Source: Stylophora pistillata (Eukaryota). Taken from it: DNA of 64,000 nucleotides. The notes beneath the pieces are model-generated. The model worked only from the letters and a program-made list of their open reading frames with translations. It was not told the DNA's origin and ran no database searches. Positions within the stretch are counted from its first letter, which is position 1; the number at the start of each line of letters is the position of its first letter. The position numbers and the translations under genes were made by a program. This document shows positions 36,145-49,600 of the stretch, piece by piece. Location of the stretch: the NCBI RefSeq assembly GCF_002571385.2, contig NW_019218198.1, forward strand, positions 73,933 through 137,932, read 5' to 3'.

Positions 36145-38018
36145 GTCAATAGATAAATGTTATTCACTGTATATTTAGAAGAAAAAAAAATAGAGTTTGT
36201 ATCCATCTCTTAGTTTAGATAGTATTATTACAGATGGGCTTATTAAGCTTCCGTCCCCGGACCATAAACGTGTATAGAATATATTATAATCACAGAACAG
36301 AGCCAAGAATTACGCTACTTTCTTGACAGTGATATCTGACAAAATGACAAGGAGGGGGGGAGATTGTACACATGATTATGAGTTGGTATCACAATATCAT
36401 TGCTGTTGTGTATGAAATATATTTAAGCCTCAGCAAAGACTGAAATACAGACGCTAAATATTATGGTTTATTGTGGCTGTTAGTCGCTGTTAATTTCATG
36501 TTGCAACCAGCGCGATGTGGACTAGGCCATTCTTCAAACTTAAGAGAAAAAAAACTTGACAGGAAAGAGCATAATCAACGCAAAACTTCTAAAAACTTTC
36601 AAGCTATTGCAACTAAAAATTGTCAGAGAAGGGACAATCTGAAAAAAGTTTGTACGACTGGAAGTTTGACAGATGTCACCAGTCTTACAGAGATGTTATT
36701 TCATCAACTTTGAAATTCTCCTCTGAAACAAAAAATTCAACGAAAAAAACATTGTAAGATAAATAAATAAAGGATGCCTATTTAGGTGCTGGTATAAAAT
36801 TTTTGTGTATTTTAATAATTAGTGGCTTTAATTTCAAGACGTCGAGGTCTGTACTTTCAACAGTTGATTATATTAAATACACATGTCGTCGAGAATTCTA
36901 TGGTTTGATTTCTGAAAGGGGTGCGCGTCCATTTTCATCGCCAGAGGTAACTTTCTGGAAATTCAAAGGACTTTGTTAATCTTGAGATTGCTTGTAGGAA
37001 TCAGCGAGAATAACTGTTTTAATTGCCAGGTGAGCTATAAATTTAGAGCAATCCCTAATTATCTGTAAGAAATCACTAATTACATAACATAAAAGAATAT
37101 TTTAAAGAGAGTCAAAACGAAAGACTTGTTTGCTGTGCAACGCAGATGGGGAATAAAGTACTGGGTACAAGCGATGTCGAAAAATTAACTTAGAAATAAT
37201 CTCCCAAGCAAGCGAGTTCTTTGGTCACTAATGACACCTGAGTAAGTTTAACAATTCTGGTTAATCTTTCCAGGTGAACAAACTGGAGTTAAGCGAAGAC
37301 TGAGATCACAACTATTAGAAAGGGTTTTAAAAGTAAAGTCTATAAGTAACAGATAGAGAAGATTGATTCCCAACTGAGATTACACTGATATCAAAACAAA
37401 GGACGCTGCTGCATTGTTAAGTCTAAACGCAAATGCTAACATGCTGCTCTCAAATCAAGCAGTTACTAAACTAGCTCTAAATTTCGCCAGCCTTCGTCTT
37501 TCTTAGAAAGCCCTAGAAGAATGGATACATCACATTTTAAAGCAATTTATGGACCAGGCTGAGGGACAGGCTACTAGGGGAGCCTCTGACTGCTCTCAAA
37601 AGAATTCTTACAAAAAGTTGCGAAAAAATCGTATGACTTAGCGGACAAAGTTTGCATTGCTATGTAGATACAATAGTGCGCGCATTAACTCCACAGTTTT
37701 GGAGTGTTGCATGTAAGTGGCGATATTTAGTTTAAATAACTTTTTGATTTAAACCTTATGTTCCCAAAAATTACATATTTTTAATGGGTTTTTAGCGAGC
37801 AAACTTCTCAGGAAAACGGGAAATTTTGTAACTCAATATTCCACGAGAAGCGACGAGCGACATTGATCCCAGACCGTGCAGATCCCAATGCTCCAAGCGC
37901 GTTCCCATCTGGCGTGAAATAACACTCCACCTACTCGACCACCAACTGTCTGTGAATGTAAAAGGTGGAAAAAGAATCCCTGTGGAGTTTGAAAACTTTC
38001 TGTACGGTTGCGTATGAC

Positions 38019-41000
38019 TCACGAGTCGTCCGTCTTGAGTCGCTTGTCCACGAAATCTTCATCAATTGTTTCACTCTGTAGTTTCCTCTTTTTACTGTTT
38101 TGATCTGTTTTTTCAGCGGAGTTAAATAGCACTATAATGCAGGTCATGTTATCGCACCCTGACCCGTCTCCTGCGGTGTCTGATGCTAAACAAGAATCGA
38201 GTAGCTGAAAGAAAGTGCAGTCAAAGGAATTAGAAGGTAAAATGCACTCCAAAGCCACACAGGTGATGCCAAGGATATTTTCAATCAACAATGAGCAGGC
38301 AACCCACCGGATACTTTTTCCGTGTCTCTTCCACGAACAACTACAAGGACGACTCCATTAGACGAGAAACTTATTAAAAGTTCTAAAACAAACGCCAACG
38401 AAATTTCTAAGAATACTTGGACTATGCCGTCCATAAAGGGCGTGTCCAAAACCATCTCGCTGATCCTACGACCCTACAAAGCTATGTCCAAAGACCGATC
38501 ACACGGCTGACCAGAGTACTGTATTGATTGTACGACCCTACAAAGCTATGTCCAAAGACCGATCACACGGCTGACCAGAGTACTGTATTGATTGTACGAC
38601 CCTACAAAGCTATGTCCAACGACCGATCACACGGCTGACCAGAGTACTGTATTGATTGTACGACCCTACAAAGCTATGTCCAACGACCGATCACACGGCT
38701 GACCAGAGTACTGTATTGATTGTACGACCCTTCAAAGCTATGTCCAACGACCGATCACACGGCTGACCAGAGTACTGTATTGATTGTAACTCGGACCACA
38801 GGACTGATTGTGGAAAACTAGTTTACTAACTTAAAACAGAGCCCTCTGAACAGTTATCCATCATGCAGCCGGTAACGTATCTCCACTGAAGGATCAGCAT
38901 TGAAAAATCATGACAGCGTTATGCCCCTCGAGTCTAACTGGCTGACAACATCGTGATATAACTGACCAATCATTTTTTTTTATATATGTAACCCTGACTC
39001 AATACACTGAACTACTTGGTAATAACTTTTGGTTGTCAGTCATTGCTACTAACACCAGTCCTTCTCAGAACTAGGTAGTTCCCACCTCGTTTTAAACCCT
39101 TTAGTAAATAAACACGAATGTTTACCTCTTCACAAATCTGTGTAAGGTTTGATTCACCATTCTTTCTCTGTTCTCGTAATCTGTCTGACACAAAATCTAC
39201 CACTTCCTGACTTCCTTTCACATTCCTAGAGGAAAAAAAAAATGAGGCCTTAAAAGAATCATCTTAACTCAAACCTACATTTACTACAAAGGGCACAAAA
39301 GTTAAGTTGGTTTTGCCCTCCTAGTAGCCCATTTGTGGAGCTTATCATGGTTTCAAAAAATTGAAGCTGCAAGAGATGTTGCTTCTCCGTCTGGATGGAG
39401 TGCTAATCTTTTGCAGTCCCCTAGTGCCCACGTATGCTCCTGGGTGCAGAGAAGCACTTTGAGAAAAAGAGTGTTTAGTTCAGGAACACAAGACAAAGAT
39501 ACATCTAGAAGCTAAACTTGGAGGTCAAGTCTGCAATTGAGCCAAGTAACCCATCCATGCAGAGCTTATTCCAGTTTCTGTAAGATGAAGCCACACATAG
39601 TATCCTTGTACTCTCCCTGGATGGGATGCTGATCCATTGCACTGTTAATCCCCACAACTTTCATATGGCTTACTGACAGTTCACCTCTATCCACTTATAC
39701 TCCTGGCTGGAGAGAGGTCAGAGAGAGGTCAGTGTCCCAAAGTAGCCGGCCAGGTATCCAACCTGAACATTTCAATTTGGAGTCCAAGACATTAAGTGTT
39801 AGGCTACCTTGTCTTCTCTTGGCTTAAGGCTTAAACACCAACTTATTGACCTATAGTCTGGTGTGCTTGTCACATGGACAGTAGTATTACTTACCATATT
39901 CCATCACAAGCGATTACCATAAACTCATCAGCCCTAAAAGAAAGGTGCCTCAAATCAATAAAAACTGAGAAAAATGAAGCCGGCAAAAGAAGAATAATAC
40001 TAACATATTTTACATGCACCACTTACTCTGTTAACTGCGTTTGTCTGACGTCAGGCATTGCAGTAATTTGCTGCTCATGTGCGGATAATTCTGTTTGTAG
40101 TTTATAACTATGATCACCTGAAACAAATAAAAAAAGAATAGAACTTCAAAAAAAAAAACATCATGCTTTGCTCTTTTTTCTCTCTCTAAATTTGATATTA
40201 AATGCCTGAGTTTAACAATTGTTTAAAAAATTTGGCTTCCATTTCATCAAATCAGAATGTCAGTCTGACACAACTGTGTACACTACAGTTCAGGGTTCTA
40301 ATTCGTCCATTGGTTTATGTCTGTTGACATACACCTTAAGAGCAATTATTGACAATCTCCTTACAGCCAAAGGTGACCAAGTATCTCTTAACCAAGAACT
40401 TTGTAACTAGCTGAAAAAGACCAAGTGTCTCTAAACCAAGTACTTTGTGATTAGTGGAAGAAGACCAAATGTCTCTAAACCAAGTACTTTGTAATTAGCT
40501 GAAGAGGACCAAGTGTCTCTAAACCAAATACTTTGTAATTAGCCAAAGAAGACCAAGTGTTTCTAAACCAAATACCTAGTAATTACAATCGCCAATCAAA
40601 ACAAAAGCAAACAAGACAAGGAGCCGATGGGAACTCAAAGTAAACATAAACCAGTAGCCACTAGCAAGGGAAATGCTGGTGATCAAGTGGCCACTAGGTT
40701 CAGTTTCACACCCCCAGGGTATTGCATGAATTTTCCTGACCAACCATAAAGCTCAGCAAAATGATTTCGACCCCTCTAATTTCAGAAATACTCAGGATCT
40801 TCTCTCAACAAACCTAATGCTCTGGACAGATTTAACCCTCCATTGACTCTTCCTTCACAAGTAACTTTTCCCCCTGCTTTGTGGATTCTATTAAGTTCAT
40901 GTTCATCCTCAGGTTTGTGGTCCATGGACATTTCCAAAGCGATACTGTTTCTACACAAAACACAACGTGAATCACCGACGTTGGCAACAGTTAACTGATT

Positions 41001-41392
41001 TTCATGTAAAAAAGCTACAATTGCTGTGGTGCCACTATCATATCCAACCTGCAAAAAAAATGGCAAATATGTCAAGATAAATTTTGTAATTTAACAACCA
41101 ACAGTTTGTCAAATATACTGGTTTAAGTTACTAAGGAGCTGTGTCAAAAAGAGTTCTTAAAGCACAAAAGAAGTTGCTTTTGGTGAAAGGGTCAAGTTGT
41201 ACCTGCCTCCCCTCAAGGAGAAAGGGGGAGGGCAGGCAGGGTTAAGGGGGATAGAGATTCCTCCTGATTCTTGGTGGGAATTTTTAAAAATTCAACATCT
41301 GGTTTAAGTCAGCTTTAGCCCCTGGAGAAAATGATAAAAGCAATCTATATTCACCTCATCTGAGCCTGAAGGAACTTCATTGCCTTCATCAG

Positions 41393-41449
<57 letters not shown>

Positions 41450-44400
41450 CGTCCTCATCATCATCGTCATCACTGTCATCATAATCATTGTCTTCAATCC
41501 CAGGTGATGCACCAACAAATTCCTTTTCATTGTCACTATTCCCATGAACATTTGCACACCTGCTTTCTGCTTCTTCTTGTTCAGGTTGTTCATCATTCTT
41601 ATTCTCAAGAGCCAATTCCCCTTTTTCCCTCTCCTTCTTATCATTGTTAGCAACATCTCCAGGAGAATTTTTGCTGGACATAGAGCCCTCTTCTCCATTC
41701 TGTGAGCCATTTTCTTTAACCTTCCCTTCTCCTTTCTCTGAAGGAATAATTAAACAAGAAAGCTGTACTCTTTCCCTCTTGAAAACAAGAAATGACTATG
41801 AAAATAAAATTAGTAATTCCCCTTGATAAAGTTGACAGACTGTGACTGACTGACTGAGAGACACTGATAGACTGACTGACTGACTGAGACACTGACTGAC
41901 TGACTGAGACACTGACTGACTGACCGACTGAGAGACACTGACTGACTGACTGACTGAGAGACACTGACTGACTGACTGACTGAGAGACACTGACTGACTG
42001 ACCGACTGAGAGACACTGACTGACTGACTGAGAGACACTGACTGACTAACTGAGAGACACTGACTGACTGCCTGAGAGACACTGACTGACTGAGAGACAC
42101 TGACTGACTGACTGACTGACTGAGAGACACTGATAGACTGACTGACTGACTGAGAGACACTAACTGACTGGCTGAGAGACACTGACTGAGTGACTGACTG
42201 AGAGACACTGACTGACTGGCTGACTGAGAGACACTGACTGACTGACTGAGAGACACTGACTGACTAACTGAGACACTGACTGACTGACTGACTGAGAGAC
42301 ACTGACTGACTGACTGAGAGACACTGACTGACTGACTGAGAGACACTGACTGACTGACTGACTGAGAGACACTGACTGACTGGCTGAGAGACACTGACTG
42401 AGTGACTGACTAAGAGACACTGACTGAGTGACGGAGAGACACTGACTGACTGGCTGACTGAGAGACACTGACTGACTGGCTGACTGAGAGACACTGACTG
42501 ACTGACTGAGAGACACTGACTGACTGACTGACTGACTGAGAGACACTGACTGACTGACTGAGAGACACTGATAGACTGACTGACTGAGAGACACTGACTG
42601 ACTGGCTGAGAGACACTGACTGAGTGACTGACTGAGAGACACTAACTGGCTGACTGAGAGACACTGACTGACTAACTGAGACACTGACTGACTGACTGAN
42701 NNNNNNNNNNNNNNNNNNNNNNNNNNNNNNNNNNNNNNNNNNNNNNNNNNNNNNNNNNNNNNNNNNNNNNNNNNNNNNNNNNNNNNNNNNNNNNNNNNNN
42801 NNNNNNNNNNNNNNNNNNNNNNNNNNNNNNNNNNNNNNNNNNNNNNNNNNNNNNNNNNNNNNNNNNNNNNNNNNNNNNNNNNNNNNNNNNNNNNNNNNNN
42901 NNNNNNNNNNNNNNNNNNNNNNNNNNNNNNNNNNNNNNNNNNNNNNNNNNNNNNNNNNNNNNNNNNNNNNNNNNNNNNNNNNNNNNNNNNNNNNNNNNNN
43001 NNNNNNNNNNNNNNNNNNNNNNNNNNNNNNNNNNNNNNNNNNNNNNNNNNNNNNNNNNNNNNNNNNNNNNNNNNNNNNNNNNNNNNNNNNNNNNNNNNNN
43101 NNNNNNNNNNNNNNNNNNNNNNNNNNNNNNNNNNNNNNNNNNNNNNNNNNNNNNNNNNNNNNNNNNNNNNNNNNNNNNNNNNNNNNNNNNNNNNNNNNNN
43201 NNNNNNNNNNNNNNNNNNNNNNNNNNNNNNNNNNNNNNNNNNNNNNNNNNNNNNCTGAATGACTGACTGACCCACTGAATGACTGACTGACCCACTTAAT
43301 GACTGACTGACCCACTGAATGGCTGTCTGACTGACTGACCAACTGAGTGACTGACTGACTGACCAACTGAATGACTGACTGACCCACTGAATGACTGTCT
43401 GACTGACTGACTGACCGACCAATTGAATGACTGACTGACTGATTGACCAACGGAATGACTGACTGACTGACTGACTGAGAGACACTGATAGACTGACTGA
43501 CTGGCTAACTGAGAGACACTGATAGACTGACTGACTGACTGACTGACTAACTAACTGACTGAATGACTGACCAACTGAATGACTGACTGACCAACTGAAA
43601 GACTGACCAACTGAAAGACTGACCAACTGAATGACTGACTGACTGACCCACTGAATGAATGACTGACTGACCAACTGAATGACCAACTGAATGACTGACT
43701 GACTGACTGACCAACTGACTGACTGACTGACCAACTGAATGACTCACTGGGAGTAGCAATACTTTGAGTTGGTTCATGCTATAGAAACTGGGATAACCTC
43801 AGGCAGTGCAGGCCACTTAGCAGAGTCCTGACCCTTTTCATAAGTTTGCAGTAGAGAGCAGCCAAGGCCAATCTCTGCGAATTTCAGGTCAAAGGTAGCA
43901 GCTTGTCAAAGCTTGAAAGACTACATCTACACTAATAAACTTTGTCACATGAAATGCTATTTACCATTTCCACTGTTTGCATCAGTCTGATTAGCATGTT
44001 CTTCATTTGCATCTTTTTCACTAATTTCTGTCCAGTATTCAACATCTTCAGCATCTTCATTAGCATCTACTGCTTTCTTCATCTGTTATGTTGGTAAAAG
44101 AAAAAAAAAAAAACATGACTACACAGACTATGCAATGACATTATTGATAAGCTACATTCAACTAAATATGCCACATTTACACAAAATACATGCTTTACAA
44201 AGGTTTTTTTCGCAAGCACAGGAAGCTAACAAGTTATCTCAGAAGCACCAGTAAGAACAATAAGTACCGACCACTTGAAGAAGAGAACACATTTACCGGT
44301 ACAATCATTATTTGTCCACAAAATGATGTAGTCATTTTTACCAACCTCTTTCATTTTGAGCAGCAGTTCACGTAATGGCATTGTTGCCTCTTGTTCTAAC

Positions 44401-46140
44401 ATTCCAAGGTCTTCTTCCTCATCATGGTCTTTATCAAGCCCTGCTAGTTCTTTCAGTTCTGCAAGACCCTGAAAATGAACAAAACCCACATTAAAACAAC
44501 CTCCAAACATGAGCCAGGTTAGGAAAATTTTGGAAGGTATGTTAACTAAGTATACAAATTTCAGCTGAAGCTGACATCCTTTCAAATAATCATGGCATTT
44601 TTGCAAATATTGACATTTCTATCTAAATTATTTGTGGGAAGAGTAACTTTAGAGGCATAGATCTTATTTATTGTATTTTTTACCAACCTCCTCACTGATG
44701 ATTTTTTGATCCATTTCCAAAAATGAATCAATCATTGACTGTTTAATCTCCCCTTTCTTGTATGTCACTGTTTTCTTTAACACTTCTGGGAAGTACTTTG
44801 CTACATACTGTGCTACCTCTGACCCTAACCGAGAAACACAATGGAAGTTCAGAGGTATGTATAACCTATGAATAAAACGATCCGTACAAAATGTTTTTAT
44901 CATTATATTACAAAATCCAAATAAGTTTTCATATACCCATGAGAAACGTGCTTCTTCAAATCAAGTAACCAGTAACCTACTCATAATCCATTGAAATAAC
45001 AATAACCCTCATCTCCATTTAAACTAAAACTGAGATCAAAGTCTAGTTAGTCAGTTATACTCCAGTCACAATTTGAGAGGTTTGAGGTTTCTCTTGTGAT
45101 GAAATAACTAACACAATTATTATTTCGTTCCCTGAGGTTTTCTTTTCTTTTCTTTATTTTGTCTCCCTCCCACCTCACCCCCCTCCCCCCCTTGTTATCA
45201 ACTCTCCTTGCCCTACAGATAACCTTCTGAAATTCCCAAAGTCACACTACAGATTTTAGGATGTATTTTACCTCCATGGCCATCATAAACAGCGAACAGT
45301 GTAGAGTTTTCATCAAAATCAAGCATACATGTATGAGCATCCTGTACAACAAAAACAATTCCACATCAAAACTAACATTTATGGTTACAGATTATGCTGA
45401 GTTCAGAATTCCTCTTACCGTTCTGTTTCATATCGCATACAATCAGTGAAACCACATTTTTGCTACATTGTTTCGATGTTCAAATTACATTACTTGGTTA
45501 TTGCACCAAAATAATCGCCACTCCAGCTATTTAAATAACAATTAAATTGACTAAGAACCAGTGCAGCAAGGGTGCAAAGGATTTTATTGCACGAAATATT
45601 TTTTTTTGGAATGTTGGTTCTCCCTGAAATTGACATCAATCTTCGCTCGATCTGTTATATGGAACAGAGCGGTTCGTTTCCACTTCACGTTAGTTTAGCG
45701 GTCCAAGTCGAATAAAAAAGAGCTGCAAAGAAGTATCTTCCTTTAGCTTGACAAATTTAAAATTTGTTTTTCAAAAAAACGAAACCATCGCATTTCTGTC
45801 TCTTGGGACTCAAATGGTTACAAATTATATTTTATTTGCCGATTTTCATAGGGGCTGGTTGTAACCTTCATACATGTCATTGGCCTTAGTTGAAGAAGGC
45901 TACTGTGACTAGAACAATGTGCCAGTACGGGTACATGATCAACTTTAAACATTCCTCACTTAACCCACGCTTATTTAACTCATGCATATGTTTTTCCGTC
46001 GATGGTCAGCTCATTCAGCTGTACTGTACCTCCATAGTTACACGCCATCCTTGCATACAGGACACTCCATAACTAACATCTCCATTTTCACTGCCTTCAG
46101 AAATCTTCTCTGTTTTTGGCTTAGCCAGATAAGCACCCAT
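38019..46140 (-). CDS. PPM1G: Protein phosphatase 1G (PP2C-gamma), ~530 aa, 11 exons
   Basis: Exons in transcript order: 46140-46030, 45341-45272, 44824-44688, 44468-44346, 44082-43965, 41737-41355, 41048-40814, 40117-40027, 39933-39895, 39225-39126, 38204-38019; total 1593 nt. Motifs [27 protein letters not shown], a long acidic insert, SGTTA...[49 protein letters not shown], and a basic NLS-like tail. Confidence 0.97.
38467..38786 (+). repeat. 64-bp minisatellite x5 in the last PPM1G intron
   Basis: Unit tacgaccctacaaagctatgtccaa(a/c)gaccgatcacacggctgaccagagtactgtattgattg starts at 38467, 38531, 38595, 38659 and 38723. Confidence 0.96.
39545..39810 (-). mobile_element. Diverged tRNA-derived SINE copy; related fragments at ~43748-43822, ~56575-56790, ~62105-62240 and ~63390-63620
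   Basis: Shared blocks such as cca(c/t)tt(a/c)tactcctg...gagagagg, gggatg(c/t)t..t(c/t)catt(g/c)ca and catgcta.agaaact.ggata recur among these loci. Confidence 0.55.
40375..40585 (+). repeat. 44-bp diverged minisatellite (~4.7 copies)
   Basis: gaccaagtgtctctaaaccaagtactttgtaattagctgaagaa-like units start at 40375, 40419, 40463, 40507 and 40551. Confidence 0.9.
41836..43745. repeat. Complex (GACT)n microsatellite in PPM1G intron 5, interrupted by an N gap (42700-43254)
   Basis: GACT runs are punctuated by GAGAGACACT left of the gap and mostly by GAAT/GACCAACT right of it. Confidence 0.97.
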
Positions 46141-46653
46141 GCTTTCTTGAAAATTTAGTGAATAAAGAATGGGTCTGCGACCACGAGGCAAAATTGTGCT
46201 TTGGTGTAGATTAAAATTTTTGACCTCGAAGTGTGCGGCACAAAACTCGCGGGCAAAGATGCTCGGGAACTTCCTGTTTTGGTATTTCTGCTGTGTCAAT
46301 CTGTATTGCGGGCTCAGTTTAAAAGAACTTTGTAAATTTTACCATAATCTGAAGCGTTCATTAAACGCGATGAAAGGAATATTTTTCGTAAGGCTTCGCA
46401 TGTGAAAGCGTCCAAAATATTGAAAATAATTTCCTTTTGTTTAAGGTTAAAATTAGAGGGCGAAATGAGGGACGAAGTGGAAATTTCTGGACCCAAGGGA
46501 AACACGCGTGTTCACGCGCGTATTTAGGCTTGCGCAGGCTTGCGCTCAATGTGGTGTGATCGGTGTGATCGGCGTGATGTGGTGCTAGGTCCCAGTGTCC
46601 AACGAATCAAGTAGCACTTTCCTCAAAATAACTTAGCCCTCGGGCAAGTGAAA
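46141..46653. promoter_or_regulatory. Bidirectional promoter region PPM1G / SELENOI
   Basis: 513 bp between divergent ATGs, CpG-rich relative to the flanking introns. Contains ETS-like acttcctgt (46269), palindrome aacacgcgtgtt (46501-46512), a direct repeat aggcttgcgc x2 and ggtgtgatc-type repeats. Confidence 0.7.
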
Positions 46654-49600
46654 ATGCCTCCGGATTCGAAAGATCTGTCCTCCTCAAAGGAAAAATCTCC
46701 TTCGTTTCATAGATTGCATACTACAGATTTAGATAGAATGAAGGGTATTTATCTTGGAGAAGAAGAGCTGAGGGGCTTTGACAAATATAAGGTAACTCCC
46801 TTTTGATGTAGGCTTGTTGATCGGTAGCTATTGTAAATCTGTTGCAATCTCATAACTTTTTGATCTCTCCTTAATTTAGTACAAATCAGAAGATACTTCA
46901 CCTCTTTCAAATTACATAACTCATCCATTTTGGAATTTCGTCGTTGAGGTAGGCATTGGATTGTGGACTAAAGTGTTTTTCCGTGAGACTTTTGCTCGAG
47001 CAAGCATGAAATACAGCTCCCTTATTTCACGCCGGTAAACATAAATGACAAATCAGCACGTTTTAAGAGCTCAAAGTTTGCATCTGTTTTTAACAAGAAA
47101 TAGCTGAACTCAGAATAGTGGTAAAAAAAAAAAAAAGTCTAGTCAATTCTGTAACTAGCAAAATACGATGGCACTCATGCTAATCTTTGCCATGACCTGG
47201 GGGAGTGGTATGTTTGGACAGTTGATCCTACTGGGGCTGCTCAGGGATGTTTACTAACCTGTCAGCTGCTTTTAACTCTAGTGACTGTTTTTAAAGAAAT
47301 GATTATCTTTTATAAACCTTGGTTATTTCTTTTTTGGTTAGATAAGAAATGTTTTTAATCTCATTGTTTCCTTGCTCACTTTAAGTTTGGTTATCACTGG
47401 CAGACATTTTTTGAAGTCGTAATAAAATGTGATGGATCATGTCCCTAGAAATAAACTGCAGTCAATATTTTAAATGGGTACTGCCAGTAGAGATCTTGAG
47501 TTGATGCTGAAATTTTCAAGTATATTTAGGCAACTTTTCACACATGATGTTTGAGTATTTTGCTCTGTGTCAATATTCCAGTTATGAATTACAGTCACTG
47601 TTGCTACTTGTCAACATGGCTACTGACAACTCATCCACAGGTTAAGTAAATGTGCCTATACCCTTTGTCAATTCATCAGCTTTTCTCGACAACTTGCCCA
47701 CTCTCTTGGGTTAAATGTGAAAAAAAGTCAAGAGACATGTTCAGACGTTGATGAAAAGACTTTGGGCAAGTTGACCAGAGGGTGGGTGAGACTGACATTT
47801 GAAGAAACTAATCATAAAATCTCTGCAAAACTCTCTGATAATGACAAATGCGTGATACACTGAGTGTGAAAGGTCTATTTACTAGGTAAACTTAATTATA
47901 CCCGGCTGGCAGTGGCATTTATTTGTTAACTTCCCGTATGGTCCACATAAAAATAAATTCCTCTGCGCTCGGCCTGTTAAATCTTCTTCGAGCATGCGCG
48001 GCCTGTTACTTAGAAACAAGTTAGCTCCCAGTAGTACTCGGCCAACTTTCAACTTGAAAGATACCATAACCATGATTGTGGGCTCACACTTGGTCTTGCT
48101 ATATAGCTAAATAGGGTGCGTGTGCATAAAAACGTGTTTAAAACAGGTTCTGGCTGGTCTTGCAAATCAGATTATCCACAAACTTGGATAATTCCCAGTC
48201 GCATGCGGGGAGACTTTATTTTTACGTGGACCATAGGGGAAGTTAACAAATAAACGCCTCTGCCAGCAGGGTAACTTAGTTAGTCTCCTGTTGAAATAGA
48301 GAAGTAGCAATTCAACAGAATGACTGGTCTCAGATGACCCAATTTCAATGATGTGAGCCCATAGAACATTTAACTTTCTCATTGGATTGTTACCATTGCG
48401 ACTAAATATTGCATCTAAATGAAACATTTTTCTGAACTCCCCTCGTAATTGTAACAGAAACTGTAGACATAACATAATGGGGATTTGTCTACACATTACT
48501 ATACTTGGGGTGACTGTGGTGTTGTTTTTTTGTCTCAGCTTTTTCCCAGGTGGCTAGCACCAAATGTGCTCACATTCAGTGGCTGGTCTTTCCTGTTTAT
48601 GATCTATGCTGTGACTTGTTATTACGACCCCCACTTTACAGCAGCTGGTGAAAAGGACAGGAGTAAACAAATCCCATCAGTATGGTGGCTTGTCTTTGCT
48701 GTGTTACACTTTGGAGCTCACACTCTAGATGGTTGTGATGGTAAACAGGCTCGGAGAACTAACAGCAGGTGAATGAAAAATCCCTACAACATACACAAAC
48801 AGAGAACCAACTGAAAATAAGAAAACTGACCTTTGTTTAGATCCTTATGGAGATAATTTTTTAATATTTGAGATCTTTAGGAATTATCGATAGATAGCAC
48901 TGGAATTTTCCAAAATCAACTATTACAAATATCTTTTTGTATGTATGAAATACAGTGCATGTGATTGTCATCTGGTATGTCCATCTCAGGACAGTATTGT
49001 TCACTTATATATCATTCTTTAATTATATCATCAATATTATTTCCTTAATTTTCAGTTCTCCTCTGGGTGAATTGTTTGACCATGGTCTGGACAGTTCAGC
49101 AGCATTTCTTATTCCCATAAGTTTGTTTTCACTCTTTGGTCATGGCCCTCACAGTGTCACTCTGTGGGAACTCTATCCACTGATGTTGGCCTGTTTGCTT
49201 GGATTTTATGTGGCTCACTGGGAAAAGTACAATACTGGGACATTATTCTTACCATGGACTTACGATGCCAGTCAAATAGTAAGTTTTTTGCAATGCTGTG
49301 GGTGTTAAGTTAGAGGAATCTGGGCATCACTGAGAGAAAAATTATATCTATGCCACACCCCTGATGGCAAGTTGTAGGTGATGGAGNNNNNNNNNNNNNN
49401 NNNNNNNNTTTTTTTTTCAGTAAAAGCTTATAATGAAGCATACTCTTAACATGTTGATGGTTCTTATGTAAAGTAGCTTTACTTAATCATTAGCAGTGAA
49501 CACTGGACTTCAATGTTAACTGAAAATTAACAACTACTTTCATTTTTACTTCTCTTAGGCTATTTCATTTGTGTATCTCCTAACATTTTATTATGGAGTA

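Noticed and set aside
38467-38786. CRISPR-like regular repeat array (also 161-370, 32360-32540 and 40375-40585)
   Set aside because: The units are head-to-tail with no unique spacers, there are no cas genes, and the context is eukaryotic.
41716-43777. Long SQSV-rich ORFs of up to 524 aa
   Set aside because: They are translations of the GACT microsatellite and the N gap inside a PPM1G intron.
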